Positions 17,961-27,033 of a DNA stretch of 64,000 bases are shown one piece after another. Each line of letters starts with the position of its first letter. Position 1 is the stretch's first letter. Location of the stretch: positions 47,763 to 111,762 of the forward strand of contig JAIVHO010000032.1 in the NCBI GenBank assembly GCA_020201035.1, read 5' to 3'. The notes beneath the pieces were generated by a model. It did no database searches and was not told the origin of the DNA. It worked only from the letters and a program-made list of their open reading frames with translations. The translations under genes and the position numbers were made by a program. The stretch comes from Bacteroidales bacterium. Lineage in GTDB: Bacteria > Bacteroidota > Bacteroidia > Bacteroidales > VadinHA17.

Positions 17961-18374
17961 ATGATATATCTTACGCGGCGTGAACGCTTCAGTGCTGCAC
18001 ACAGGATGTTTAATCCTGATTTGGGTGATGATGAGAACCTTGAGCTTTATGGTCAGTGTTCAAACCCCGGGTGGCACGGACACAATTACATTCTTTATGT
18101 CACCGTTAAAGGGGATATAGACCCGGAACTTGGTTACCTTATTAACCTTAAAAGACTTAAGGATATAATCATCGAATATGTAATTACTCCGCTCGATCAC
18201 AGGAACATCAATACCCAGGTTCCGTTTACCAGCGGCCTGCTTGCCTCAACGGAGAATATTGCCGTGGCAATATGGAATCAGCTATATGAACCTGTAAAAA
18301 AGGAAGGGGCTGAACTCCATTCAGTTAAGATTGCCGAAACAGAAAATAATTTTGTTGAATATCTCGGGGATTAA
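17961..18374 (+). CDS. queD: 6-carboxytetrahydropterin synthase / 6-pyruvoyl-tetrahydropterin synthase
   Basis: 137 aa. FSAAHR, C.N..WHGHNY and LDH..IN motifs. Confidence 0.85.
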   Translation: MIYLTRRERFSAAHRMFNPDLGDDENLELYGQCSNPGWHGHNYILYVTVKGDIDPELGYLINLKRLKDIIIEYVITPLDHRNINTQVPFTSGLLASTENIAVAIWNQLYEPVKKEGAELHSVKIAETENNFVEYLGD

Positions 18375-18426
18375 CCCGATGATTTAAACCGATTAATTAA
18401 TATAGTTTACAGAAGGAGGATTATAG

Positions 18427-19089
18427 ATGACCACACATAAAGGAAATTCCGAAACAGAAAAAATCACTGTATCAACGAACGGGGAAGAGGGAGGCTACAA
18501 CAAGGTTGAGATATGGGATCGCGAAGCAACTGCTGCAATGGCAAAAAACTACAGGGAGATAATTACTCTCCTTGGGGAGGATCCTGAAAGGGAGGGTCTT
18601 GAAAACACCCCGGTAAGGGTTGCCAAGGCGATGCAGTTTCTGATGCAGGGCTATAACCATAATCCGGCCGAGATCATTAAATCTGCCATGTTCAAGGAGG
18701 ATTATAAACAGATGGTTATCGTAAAGGATATTGAGCTGTACTCGATGTGTGAACACCATATGCTTCCATTTTTCGGAAAAGCACATGTGGCATACATTCC
18801 AAACGGATATATTACCGGACTGAGTAAGCTTGCCAGGGTTACCGATGCCTTTGCCAGGCGCATGCAGGTACAGGAGAGGCTGACAATGCAGATCCGTGAC
18901 TGCATCCAGGAGACCCTCCAGCCACTTGGTGTCGCAGTAGTGATAGAGGCACAGCATATGTGCATGCAGATCAGGGGCGTGCAGAAACAGCACTCCGTTA
19001 CCACAACGTCAGCCTTTACAGGATGTTTCCTGAAAAATCTTCAGACACGTGAAGAATTTATCCACCTTATTGGAAGCACACTGCACTAA
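18427..19089 (+). CDS. folE: GTP cyclohydrolase I
   Basis: [31 protein letters not shown] and [10 protein letters not shown] motifs. Confidence 0.9.
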   Translation: MTTHKGNSETEKITVSTNGEEGGYNKVEIWDREATAAMAKNYREIITLLGEDPEREGLENTPVRVAKAMQFLMQGYNHNPAEIIKSAMFKEDYKQMVIVKDIELYSMCEHHMLPFFGKAHVAYIPNGYITGLSKLARVTDAFARRMQVQERLTMQIRDCIQETLQPLGVAVVIEAQHMCMQIRGVQKQHSVTTTSAFTGCFLKNLQTREEFIHLIGSTLH

Positions 19090-19094
19090 AGTGC

Positions 19095-19102
19095 TATTTT
19101 TG
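19095..19102 (+). promoter_or_regulatory. -7 promoter box TATTTTTG for fabD
   Basis: Matches TAnnTTTG, 44 nt upstream of the fabD ATG. Confidence 0.4.
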
Positions 19103-19145
19103 CACCTTCTCTGCGGGAGGAGATAAATAAAAAAATATTCAGAGT

Positions 19146-20039
19146 ATGAACGCGTTTGTATTCCCGGGCCAGGGAGCCCAGTACCCCGGGATGGGGAAAG
19201 AATTGTATGATTCAGGTGAAAAGGCCAGGATGATGTTTGAGCAGGCTAATGAGATACTTGGATTCAGGATTACTGATATTATGTTCGAAGGCACCGGTGA
19301 GGAGCTCAGGCAGACAAAGGTTACGCAGCCTGCAATTTTCCTTCACTCGGTAATAATGGCAGAGGTGCTTGGCAACCGTTTCAACCCCGATATGGTTGCA
19401 GGCCACTCCCTTGGAGAGTTTTCCGCCCTTGTAGCTGCAGGAGCTCTCGAATTCGGTGACGGGCTTCGCCTTGTTTCAGCAAGGGCAACGGCTATGCAGA
19501 AAGCGTGTGAAGCCAGACCTTCCACTATGGCTGCAGTTATAGGACTTGATGATGCAGTTGTGGAGGAGATATGCGACTCTATTGATGATATAGTGGTTCC
19601 TGCAAACTACAATACTGTTGGACAGCTGGTTATCTCAGGCACTACCGAAGCAATTGACAGGGCTATTGCCATGATGAGTGAACGGGGAGCCCGCAGGGCT
19701 CTCAAACTGTCAGTTGGCGGCGCTTTTCACTCGCCACTTATGGAACCGGCAAGGGCAGAACTTGAGGATGCAATTGGATCAACATCTTTCAAAACGCCCC
19801 TGTGCCCTGTTTATCAAAACGTTACAGGACTACCGTCAACTGACCCCTCCACCATAAGATTAAATCTTGTGGCACAACTCACATCGCCGGTGAGATGGAC
19901 ACAGACGATAATCAATATGGTGAATGACGGAGGAACGAGGTTTACCGAGGTTGGACCGGGTAATGTTCTGCAGGGTCTGATCCGAAAGTCTGCCCCGGGG
20001 GTTGAGACCTCCCCGGCTTTATCACTGCTCAATACCTGA
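19146..20039 (+). CDS. fabD: Malonyl-CoA:ACP transacylase
   Basis: FVFPGQGAQY.GMG, the active-site GHSLGE and the GAFHS motif. Confidence 0.9.
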   Translation: MNAFVFPGQGAQYPGMGKELYDSGEKARMMFEQANEILGFRITDIMFEGTGEELRQTKVTQPAIFLHSVIMAEVLGNRFNPDMVAGHSLGEFSALVAAGALEFGDGLRLVSARATAMQKACEARPSTMAAVIGLDDAVVEEICDSIDDIVVPANYNTVGQLVISGTTEAIDRAIAMMSERGARRALKLSVGGAFHSPLMEPARAELEDAIGSTSFKTPLCPVYQNVTGLPSTDPSTIRLNLVAQLTSPVRWTQTIINMVNDGGTRFTEVGPGNVLQGLIRKSAPGVETSPALSLLNT

Positions 20040-20433
20040 ATGAGATACTTTTCTTAAGGTCGGGGTGAAGGGAGAGGCAAACCGGACAGGTGCGCGACAC
20101 CTCTTCAAGGATATCCCTCTCTTCAGGGCTGAGTGAGAGTGAAGAGAAATCGAACTCAATCACTATCTCTGCTATCCGCCGGGGATCTGATGCCATAATT
20201 TTGGTGGTAGATGCTCTGACTCCGTCAATGGAAAAACCCTTCTCCATGGCTGTAATTCCCATAATGGTAAGTGAACAGCTTGCAAGGGCCGCAGCCACCA
20301 TATCTGTGGGAGAGAAAAATTCACCCCTTCCCCTGTTATCAACAGGAGCATCTGTTACTATGGTATTGCCTGACTGTACATGTGTAGCCTCTGTCCGCAG
20401 GTCACCGCGGTAAATAGTCCTTACTGTTTCCAT
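20029..20433 (-). CDS. OsmC/Ohr-family protein (peroxiredoxin-like)
   Basis: 134 aa with the two conserved Cys contexts (AALASCS and TCPVC). Its ATG is 2 nt after the stop of the upstream giant gene. It overlaps fabD convergently by 11 nt. Confidence 0.8.
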   Translation of the reverse strand: METVRTIYRGDLRTEATHVQSGNTIVTDAPVDNRGRGEFFSPTDMVAAALASCSLTIMGITAMEKGFSIDGVRASTTKIMASDPRRIAEIVIEFDFSSLSLSPEERDILEEVSRTCPVCLSLHPDLKKSISFRY

Positions 20434-20435
20434 TA

Positions 20436-23400
20436 TTATCCTTTAAGGTGATTATTATTATTACCGTTATAATCTTCACCGGGCTTAAGTATGACACCGC
20501 GGTGTACTCTTCCGTCAATCATAATCTTCATAGGCTCCTCAAAGCAGATATGTCTCAGGTACTGATCCTCATAACGGTGACCGCAGCCATTCAGAAAATC
20601 AACATCATAGTAACCATCATTAATAAAAGGATTGATAGTAAAATATCCAACCCTGAAGGATGTAATATTCTGAAAAAAATGTGTTCCCTGGCTTGGTTCA
20701 ATGCGATAATTTGGCAGCCCCGATTCCACTATTACACGGGCGTTGCTAATGTGTGACCACTTTGTCGGGATTCCCAGCCATGGATCAGATGAACCCCACC
20801 GGCCCGGTCCCACGAGAATATAGTATTTTCCCTCCTTCACAAAACGGGCATTTATACTCTCCAGGATTGATACTATCTTCTCATTATTGGTTGCACTGAA
20901 CGACTCCGGTTTGATATAGACAATATCATGTATGCCGCGTATAGTTCCGTTACCCAGTGCAGAATCAGATAGAATAATTGACTTATCTGTGGGTACATCC
21001 TCAATATTCACCTCCTGCGACTGATCATTGTTAACAATAGGTCTGATCTGAAGGAAATTAAAGATGGAGGGCATGCCGGATGGCATCTCCAGGTTGGCTG
21101 CAAATTCTATCTCAATAGGGTTCCCCATCTCCCTCTGGCCTATCTCCAGTAGTGTTTCAAGAATAGCGGGAAGAGGGAACACGTTATGCTTGAGAATATT
21201 ATCGAAGGTAACCACTATCTTTCCGTTTCCGTTCAGTCCTGGCCTTATAATATTATTCTGCAGATCGTACCTTGATACCAGATGCCTCATAGCGCTTTCA
21301 CTTCCCTCATCACTAACCGGCAGTTTAAGAATATTTATACCATCATCAACCGATGGTGTAAAGCTTTCATGATTCATATCGAGTGCATAAAAAACTTTTT
21401 GTGTCTCCTTAAGGGCTGATGAGGGATTATTAAGCTGCAGCACCTTCTTGGGATAGCGGGGTGAGAAACGCAGTGCCTGTCCTCCTTCAACTATCAGTTT
21501 TCCGAGTCCCATCGCAACATTGGCAATACCATCAGTCGCCTTTTCAGATCCTATAGGATAGAAATTTATTGAGCGGGCAACACCCGAAAGCGTGGGATAG
21601 AAAAGTCCACCATGCTGGTTTCCGCATACTTCCTGGAGTACAATACCCATCTTCTCTTCATCTATAACACTCAATGTAGCTGCCATATAGGCCTTACTTG
21701 AACTATAGTAGACTGAAGCATACACCTCCTTGATGGCATCAGCAATCATTTTCACCATTACCCTGTTATCAGCAACCCTTGGAATCATATAGGTTGAGTA
21801 GATACCTGCAAAGGGCTGATAATGTGAGTCCTCAAGCTTTGATGAAGAACGTATGGCAAGCGGGTGGCTCTTTGAGACAGCGAGAAAGGCGTAAAGATCC
21901 TGATATACCCATCCGGGCAGCTCAGCCTCCACAAACCTGTCAAGTATCTCCTGATCGCTGGTGTCGCTAAGCCCCACACTGTAGAGGCTGTTCCTCTCCA
22001 TAAACTCATCAAAGACATCGGTGCTGAGCACAACGGTACGCGGAATTGTGATAAGTACATTCTCAAACCGGTTAAAGAGCTTATACCTCTTAATTATACT
22101 GTTTATAAATGCCAGTCCCCTCGCTTTACCACCTATTGATCCGTCACCAATCCTGCTGAATATCTGATATTCATCAAAGCTGTTCCGGTCAAATTTGGCT
22201 ATAACTCCCCTACCCTTACCAAGTCTGAAGCTGGAGATGGCCACATAGAGGAATCGTCTCATCTCCTCCACTGACTCAAAGTCATCAGTCTGGATAAATT
22301 TAAACATCTGGGCAACCGGGAAGAGTGCTCTTGCATTAAGCCATTTGGAGAAGTGATTTCTCTTTGCATGGTACACCAGCGACTCAACAGGAAGGGTTAG
22401 CAGTTTTTGTTGCAGGCTCTGCAGATCAGTAGCAACACCAATTGCCTCTGTTGTTTCAGGATCCTTGAACACAAAAGGACCAAATGCAAGGTTCTGTATA
22501 ATAAAGTTTCTCAGCTCTATGGAAAGGCTCTTGGAGTACTTATGTATAAAGCCTACCTCAAGCTGATCAGCCACCTCCTTAACTGCTGCATTTGACGACT
22601 GTAGCAGGAGTGGCATATTGCTGTCATCCTCCTTTATCATACGGCATAGCCTGATACCAGCTTCAGGATCCTTCTCTCCCTCTCTCCGGTACCTGACATC
22701 GGATATTACTCCCAGTACATTAAATTTGAACCTGTTGTAGAGATCTATGGCATCTTCGTAGTTACTTGCAAGAAGAATCTTGGGCCTGCCCCTCATTTTA
22801 AGCATTCTCTGGTGGGCATTCAGTGCCTCCTGCTGGAAATCGCGTGACTGCTTCAGAATGATCTTGTACAGGTTGGGAAGATATGATGAGATATATCGGA
22901 TTGAGTCTTCAACAAGTATTATTGCCTGCACACCCACCTCTTCAATATCATGCACTGCATTCATACGGTCTTCAAGGAGCTTTATTATGGCCAGAAGAAG
23001 GCTGGCATCACCCAGCCAGCAGAAGACATAATCAACAGCGCTGATGTCCTCCCTCTCAAGCCTTAGTGACACCTCCCTTGAGAAATTTGTGAGTGCTACT
23101 ATCGGCACATCCGGAAATTTCTGCTTAATCCTCTTCGCCAGTGTGAAGGTGTCCGTATCCCTGAAGTTCATCATTGAAATCACCAGATCCACATTCTCAT
23201 CACGGATCATCTCCATTGCCTTTTCCCCACTGTTGGTCTGTATAAAGTTTGGAGGATAACGAAGGTTAAGTGATACATACTCATTAAAGATCTGCTCATC
23301 TATCCGCCCATCCTCCTCGAGCATATAGTTATCATAGTTACTGCAGACGAGGAGAACCTTATGTATTCTCCTCTGCATCAATAGATTAAAAGAAGTATCC

Positions 23401-23447
23401 GTAAAGTCATACTTCTGCAGTTCCATTATACCATCAATCAGCGCCAT
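20436..23447 (-). CDS. Receiver-domain-fused PEP/pyruvate-binding (PPDK_N ATP-grasp) protein, paralogue B
   Basis: Domain order:
- pseudo-receiver (KVLLVCSNYD...VDLVISMMNF);
- receiver-like module (IILVEDS...GVISDVRYRREG...LLQSS...IHK);
- PPDK_N motifs GGKARGLAFIN, PLAIRSSSKLEDS, IEIEFA...FLQIRP;
- conserved C-terminal module GPGRWGSSDPWLGIP...SQGTHFFQN.
The start is taken at ATG 23447 (MALIDG...), 1 nt after the stop of paralogue A and preceded by AAGGAGG. The ORF is open to 23477. Confidence 0.8.
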   Translation of the reverse strand: MALIDGIMELQKYDFTDTSFNLLMQRRIHKVLLVCSNYDNYMLEEDGRIDEQIFNEYVSLNLRYPPNFIQTNSGEKAMEMIRDENVDLVISMMNFRDTDTFTLAKRIKQKFPDVPIVALTNFSREVSLRLEREDISAVDYVFCWLGDASLLLAIIKLLEDRMNAVHDIEEVGVQAIILVEDSIRYISSYLPNLYKIILKQSRDFQQEALNAHQRMLKMRGRPKILLASNYEDAIDLYNRFKFNVLGVISDVRYRREGEKDPEAGIRLCRMIKEDDSNMPLLLQSSNAAVKEVADQLEVGFIHKYSKSLSIELRNFIIQNLAFGPFVFKDPETTEAIGVATDLQSLQQKLLTLPVESLVYHAKRNHFSKWLNARALFPVAQMFKFIQTDDFESVEEMRRFLYVAISSFRLGKGRGVIAKFDRNSFDEYQIFSRIGDGSIGGKARGLAFINSIIKRYKLFNRFENVLITIPRTVVLSTDVFDEFMERNSLYSVGLSDTSDQEILDRFVEAELPGWVYQDLYAFLAVSKSHPLAIRSSSKLEDSHYQPFAGIYSTYMIPRVADNRVMVKMIADAIKEVYASVYYSSSKAYMAATLSVIDEEKMGIVLQEVCGNQHGGLFYPTLSGVARSINFYPIGSEKATDGIANVAMGLGKLIVEGGQALRFSPRYPKKVLQLNNPSSALKETQKVFYALDMNHESFTPSVDDGINILKLPVSDEGSESAMRHLVSRYDLQNNIIRPGLNGNGKIVVTFDNILKHNVFPLPAILETLLEIGQREMGNPIEIEFAANLEMPSGMPSIFNFLQIRPIVNNDQSQEVNIEDVPTDKSIILSDSALGNGTIRGIHDIVYIKPESFSATNNEKIVSILESINARFVKEGKYYILVGPGRWGSSDPWLGIPTKWSHISNARVIVESGLPNYRIEPSQGTHFFQNITSFRVGYFTINPFINDGYYDVDFLNGCGHRYEDQYLRHICFEEPMKIMIDGRVHRGVILKPGEDYNGNNNNHLKG

Positions 23448-23448
23448 T

Positions 23449-26400
23449 TTATTCCTCCTTACAATCTGTACATTCAATTACTGCAATTCTCTTTTTCCCG
23501 TCCATACGGATCACCATGCTGCTACTGAACCTTATATGCCTGAAAAAACGGCCCTCTCTAACCACCTCCTGATTAGCCAGTCTGTCCCAGTCAATATGTT
23601 CATCCGGATCGGAGTGGTCAACTGAAAAATAGCCAACGTTCATCGAGGTAACATTATGGAAAAAATGGGATCCCAGAGAGGCATCAAGTGGAAAGTCGGG
23701 CAGGCTGACCTCCACAATCACTTTTGCGTTGGATATCTGGGGCCAGAGCACAGGGATTCCAATAAATCTGTCCCGTGTGCCCCAGCGGCCCGGTCCAATA
23801 AGGACATACTCCCGCTTCTGCTTTATCATCTCATCATTAATTGCCTCAATCTCTTCAGCCATCTCACGTGTTTTCATATTATCGAACCGTGCAGGTTCAA
23901 GGTATACAAGGTCGGTAATTCCTGTTACTTCACCATTACCCATGCTCCTGTGGGTTATAAGCAGGCATCTCTCCATGTCAAATGACCCGGTATCAATATT
24001 GTATCCGGCACCGCTTCCTACCAGAGGTTTTACCTGTAGCAGATAGAAGCTTGCATTTCCCTCATCGTCCCTGTTCAGATCAACCGCATACTCAATCTCC
24101 ACAGGAGTACCAAATGCCTCCTTCACCACATCCAGAATTGTTGCAATGGTTTGGGCAAGGGGTATATATCCGTGACGAAGTATATTGGCAAAATTTACCA
24201 CTCTTGGGCCCGGAGCATCAAGACCCGGAGTAATGGTGTCATTACCGGGGTCATAGACTGAGGCCATATGTTTCAGTGTACCATGTCTTTCGGCTTCTGA
24301 AATATCAAGCTTAATAAGCCCTGCCTCCTCTCCCTCCAGCAGGTTCAGCTCCTTCTTATTCATATCCACCGCATAGAAGTGAACCTGGCTGTTTCTGTTA
24401 ATATCCTTCAGGGATACGATATCAAGTGTGGGGTATGCAGGTGAAAACCGCCAGGCCTTCTCGCCCTCAACAACATATTGTCCCAGGCCTACTGCCGCAA
24501 CGGCAAATCCCTCTTCGGGCTTCATATGGGAAACCGGGTAGAAATTGTATGATTGTGCTGTCCCGCTTATATGAGGATAGAAGCTCTTTTCATACATATT
24601 ACCCACCACTTCCTGAATCACTATCGCCATCTTTTCCTGCTCAGCCTTGTGGTTAATGGCCTCGAAGTAGGTGCGGGCCGACTTAGAATATATTGATGAG
24701 TAGACAAGTTTAATTGCATCGGTTACATGCCTGAACCTGGTATCAAAATCGGGATGGTTATTAGGTATCAGATAGGTTCCGAAAATGCCTGAGAAGGGCT
24801 GGTTCATAGAGTCTTCAAAAAGGGAAGATGACCGAATGGCCAGGGGCCCGGTAAGCAGTTTCAGGAATGAGCGCAACTTTTTCTCCAGGGTGTACGAAAG
24901 GTTACCCTCAACAAATTTTTTCTTAAGTACGAGATAGTCAGACTCATCACGGATCACATTCCATAGTTTGTTGGTCTCAAAAAACATATCGAACTCATCT
25001 GTTCCTATTATAGCCGTTATTGGGCTTCGGACAGTTATTCCCGGTGTTAACTTATTAAGATCAAAACTGTAGATCAGGGTATTTATAAAAGCGAGTCCGC
25101 GCCCCTTTCCTCCGAGTGACCCTCCGCCCATGCTGACAACGTTTGTTTCATCAACGACTGCCGACTCCTCATAATTCACAACCTTCCCCTTATCCTGCTC
25201 CTGACGGCGTCTTCGTATAATATCCAGGAGGAAGGCCCTGAGATCAGAAAGGCTCTCAAAGTCACCGATCTTCATAGGGTTGATAACTCTCGCTATCTTC
25301 ACCTCACCCCTTGCCATAAGCCATAGTGAGAAGTGGTTCTTCATCGCATGATATACCAGACTGTCTTCAGGGATAGTGTTAAGGTATTGTTCAAACTCCT
25401 TCATTGACCTGGCCACAGCAATCTGTCTTCCCTGATTATCGCGATAGACAAAATGTCCGAACCCGAGATAGTAAGTTATAAACGCCTTTATATCCTGAAG
25501 AAGGCTTTCAGAGTTCTTATTAATAAAGCTTGATCCCAGTGCATGAGCATATCTGGCATTCTCACGATCAGATGACTGAAGCACAGTAGGCAGGTTGGGC
25601 AGGCTGCTCTTGATCAGTTGTATAAGATCAAATCCGGCCCTGTCATTCAGCTCACCATCACGTCTGAAGCGCATATCTGAAATAACACAGAGAAGGAAAC
25701 TCCTGTACTGGTTGTAGATAACCATTGCTTCCTCATATGTTGTGGCCAGCAGTATTTTGGGCCGGGCCCTCATCTTTAACACCTTATACAACTCGTCAGA
25801 GCTCACATCCTCAATCAGGTGACGGGTTTGCTGCATTACAAGAGTGTAGAGTATAGGAAGGTAACTGGAATAGTATTCAGCTGAGTCTTCCACCAGCAGA
25901 ATTACTCTTGTCAGGCCTATTCTGGTATCATTATCTACATTAACCTGATCCTCCAGCATCTTAACCATAGCAAAGAATACCTTGGACTCGCCCGTCCACA
26001 CAAATGCACCGTCATAGACCAGACCCTCCATTCTCTTCTGATTCACCCATTCGGCATCCGCCTGATTATTGAGAAGAAGAAATACAGGTATATAGGGGTA
26101 TTTACGCTTCACCCTGTCGCAGATATTGACCGGTGTCTCTCTCTCAACCCCCACCATAATAATTATCATATCATAGTGTCGTGCCAGGAGCTTGGCAAAC
26201 GCCTCCTCTTCACCGGAAACACCTGTCACCCTGGGCATTGAAGTAAGATTCAACTGATGGTATTCACCGAACATATGATCAGTGAACCGGCCCTCTCCTT
26301 CGATAGCATAAGCATCATACAGATTTGCAATAAGGAGAATCTCCCTCACCTTGAAGGGCATCAGATCATGAAACAGGTCTCTGTCAGCGTTGTGTCGGTC

Positions 26401-26907
26401 AAGAAACTTCTGCAGCAGCTGTCTGCTGGTAACTGTTTTCGGGCTCTCAGGCTCCTTTCCGGGGACATCATGGGGTTTTATTATCTGGCTTGCGAGCTGA
26501 CTGTTTATATAACCTGTAATAAGGCTGGCGATATTAACCAGCAGGTCACGCTCCTCATTCAGGAAGGGACCCTCATCAGCGGTCATAAACTCCCTTGTAT
26601 AAAAGATCTCTATAATGCCAGTCTGCCCGTCAATGGTATTAAAATCCTGTCGCTGCACCCATGATGTCTCTTCAAATCCAGGCGTGGTAAACACTCTAAG
26701 ACCGTATCTTATCCGAGTGCGGGTATATGCGGGGTATTGCCATGCCTGAGGAAGGCTGAGAACAATATTCTGGAGTGTCTCTTCAACCGGCTTACCCTCT
26801 TTAAGTATAGCGGTGGTACGGTTAATGCACGCAAGCTCCTTGAGCCTTTCAGTCTGCTCGTTAAGCAATCGGGTTATTTTTCCCTCATCAGGTTTTGGTT
26901 CTGCCAT
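23449..26907 (-). CDS. Sensor-domain + receiver-domain-fused PEP/pyruvate-binding (PPDK_N ATP-grasp) protein, paralogue A
   Basis: Same architecture as paralogue B, plus about 140 aa of N-terminal sensor-like domain (LKELACINRTT...DEGPFLNEERDLLVNIA). PPDK_N motifs: GGKGRGLAFIN, PLAIRSSSLFEDS, VEIEYA...LLQVKP. C-terminal module: GPGRWGTRDRFIGIP...SLGSHFFHN. Confidence 0.8.
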   Translation of the reverse strand: MAEPKPDEGKITRLLNEQTERLKELACINRTTAILKEGKPVEETLQNIVLSLPQAWQYPAYTRTRIRYGLRVFTTPGFEETSWVQRQDFNTIDGQTGIIEIFYTREFMTADEGPFLNEERDLLVNIASLITGYINSQLASQIIKPHDVPGKEPESPKTVTSRQLLQKFLDRHNADRDLFHDLMPFKVREILLIANLYDAYAIEGEGRFTDHMFGEYHQLNLTSMPRVTGVSGEEEAFAKLLARHYDMIIIMVGVERETPVNICDRVKRKYPYIPVFLLLNNQADAEWVNQKRMEGLVYDGAFVWTGESKVFFAMVKMLEDQVNVDNDTRIGLTRVILLVEDSAEYYSSYLPILYTLVMQQTRHLIEDVSSDELYKVLKMRARPKILLATTYEEAMVIYNQYRSFLLCVISDMRFRRDGELNDRAGFDLIQLIKSSLPNLPTVLQSSDRENARYAHALGSSFINKNSESLLQDIKAFITYYLGFGHFVYRDNQGRQIAVARSMKEFEQYLNTIPEDSLVYHAMKNHFSLWLMARGEVKIARVINPMKIGDFESLSDLRAFLLDIIRRRRQEQDKGKVVNYEESAVVDETNVVSMGGGSLGGKGRGLAFINTLIYSFDLNKLTPGITVRSPITAIIGTDEFDMFFETNKLWNVIRDESDYLVLKKKFVEGNLSYTLEKKLRSFLKLLTGPLAIRSSSLFEDSMNQPFSGIFGTYLIPNNHPDFDTRFRHVTDAIKLVYSSIYSKSARTYFEAINHKAEQEKMAIVIQEVVGNMYEKSFYPHISGTAQSYNFYPVSHMKPEEGFAVAAVGLGQYVVEGEKAWRFSPAYPTLDIVSLKDINRNSQVHFYAVDMNKKELNLLEGEEAGLIKLDISEAERHGTLKHMASVYDPGNDTITPGLDAPGPRVVNFANILRHGYIPLAQTIATILDVVKEAFGTPVEIEYAVDLNRDDEGNASFYLLQVKPLVGSGAGYNIDTGSFDMERCLLITHRSMGNGEVTGITDLVYLEPARFDNMKTREMAEEIEAINDEMIKQKREYVLIGPGRWGTRDRFIGIPVLWPQISNAKVIVEVSLPDFPLDASLGSHFFHNVTSMNVGYFSVDHSDPDEHIDWDRLANQEVVREGRFFRHIRFSSSMVIRMDGKKRIAVIECTDCKEE

Positions 26908-26968
26908 CTTTTAATGATTACATAACTTTTAAAATTAGCAAATTGTTTCAATCAGTCAGGTATATGTA

Positions 26969-26998
26969 GAAAAAAAAGGAGAGCCGCCGGCACTCCTT
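26969..26998 (-). terminator. Intrinsic terminator after korB
   Basis: The minus strand reads AAGGAGTGCCGGCGGCTCTCCTT (9 bp paired, one mismatch) followed by T8. It separates korAB from the giant-gene operon. Confidence 0.65.
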
Positions 26999-27033
26999 CT
27001 TTTAAATCATCGTTAAAGGGCATTTTTTTCATT

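Noticed and set aside
20029-20039. Convergent coding overlaps: fabD/osmC (11 nt) and ftsB-like/GT2 (7211-7230, 20 nt).
   Set aside because: Short convergent 3' overlaps are common in compact genomes. There is no evidence of special regulation.
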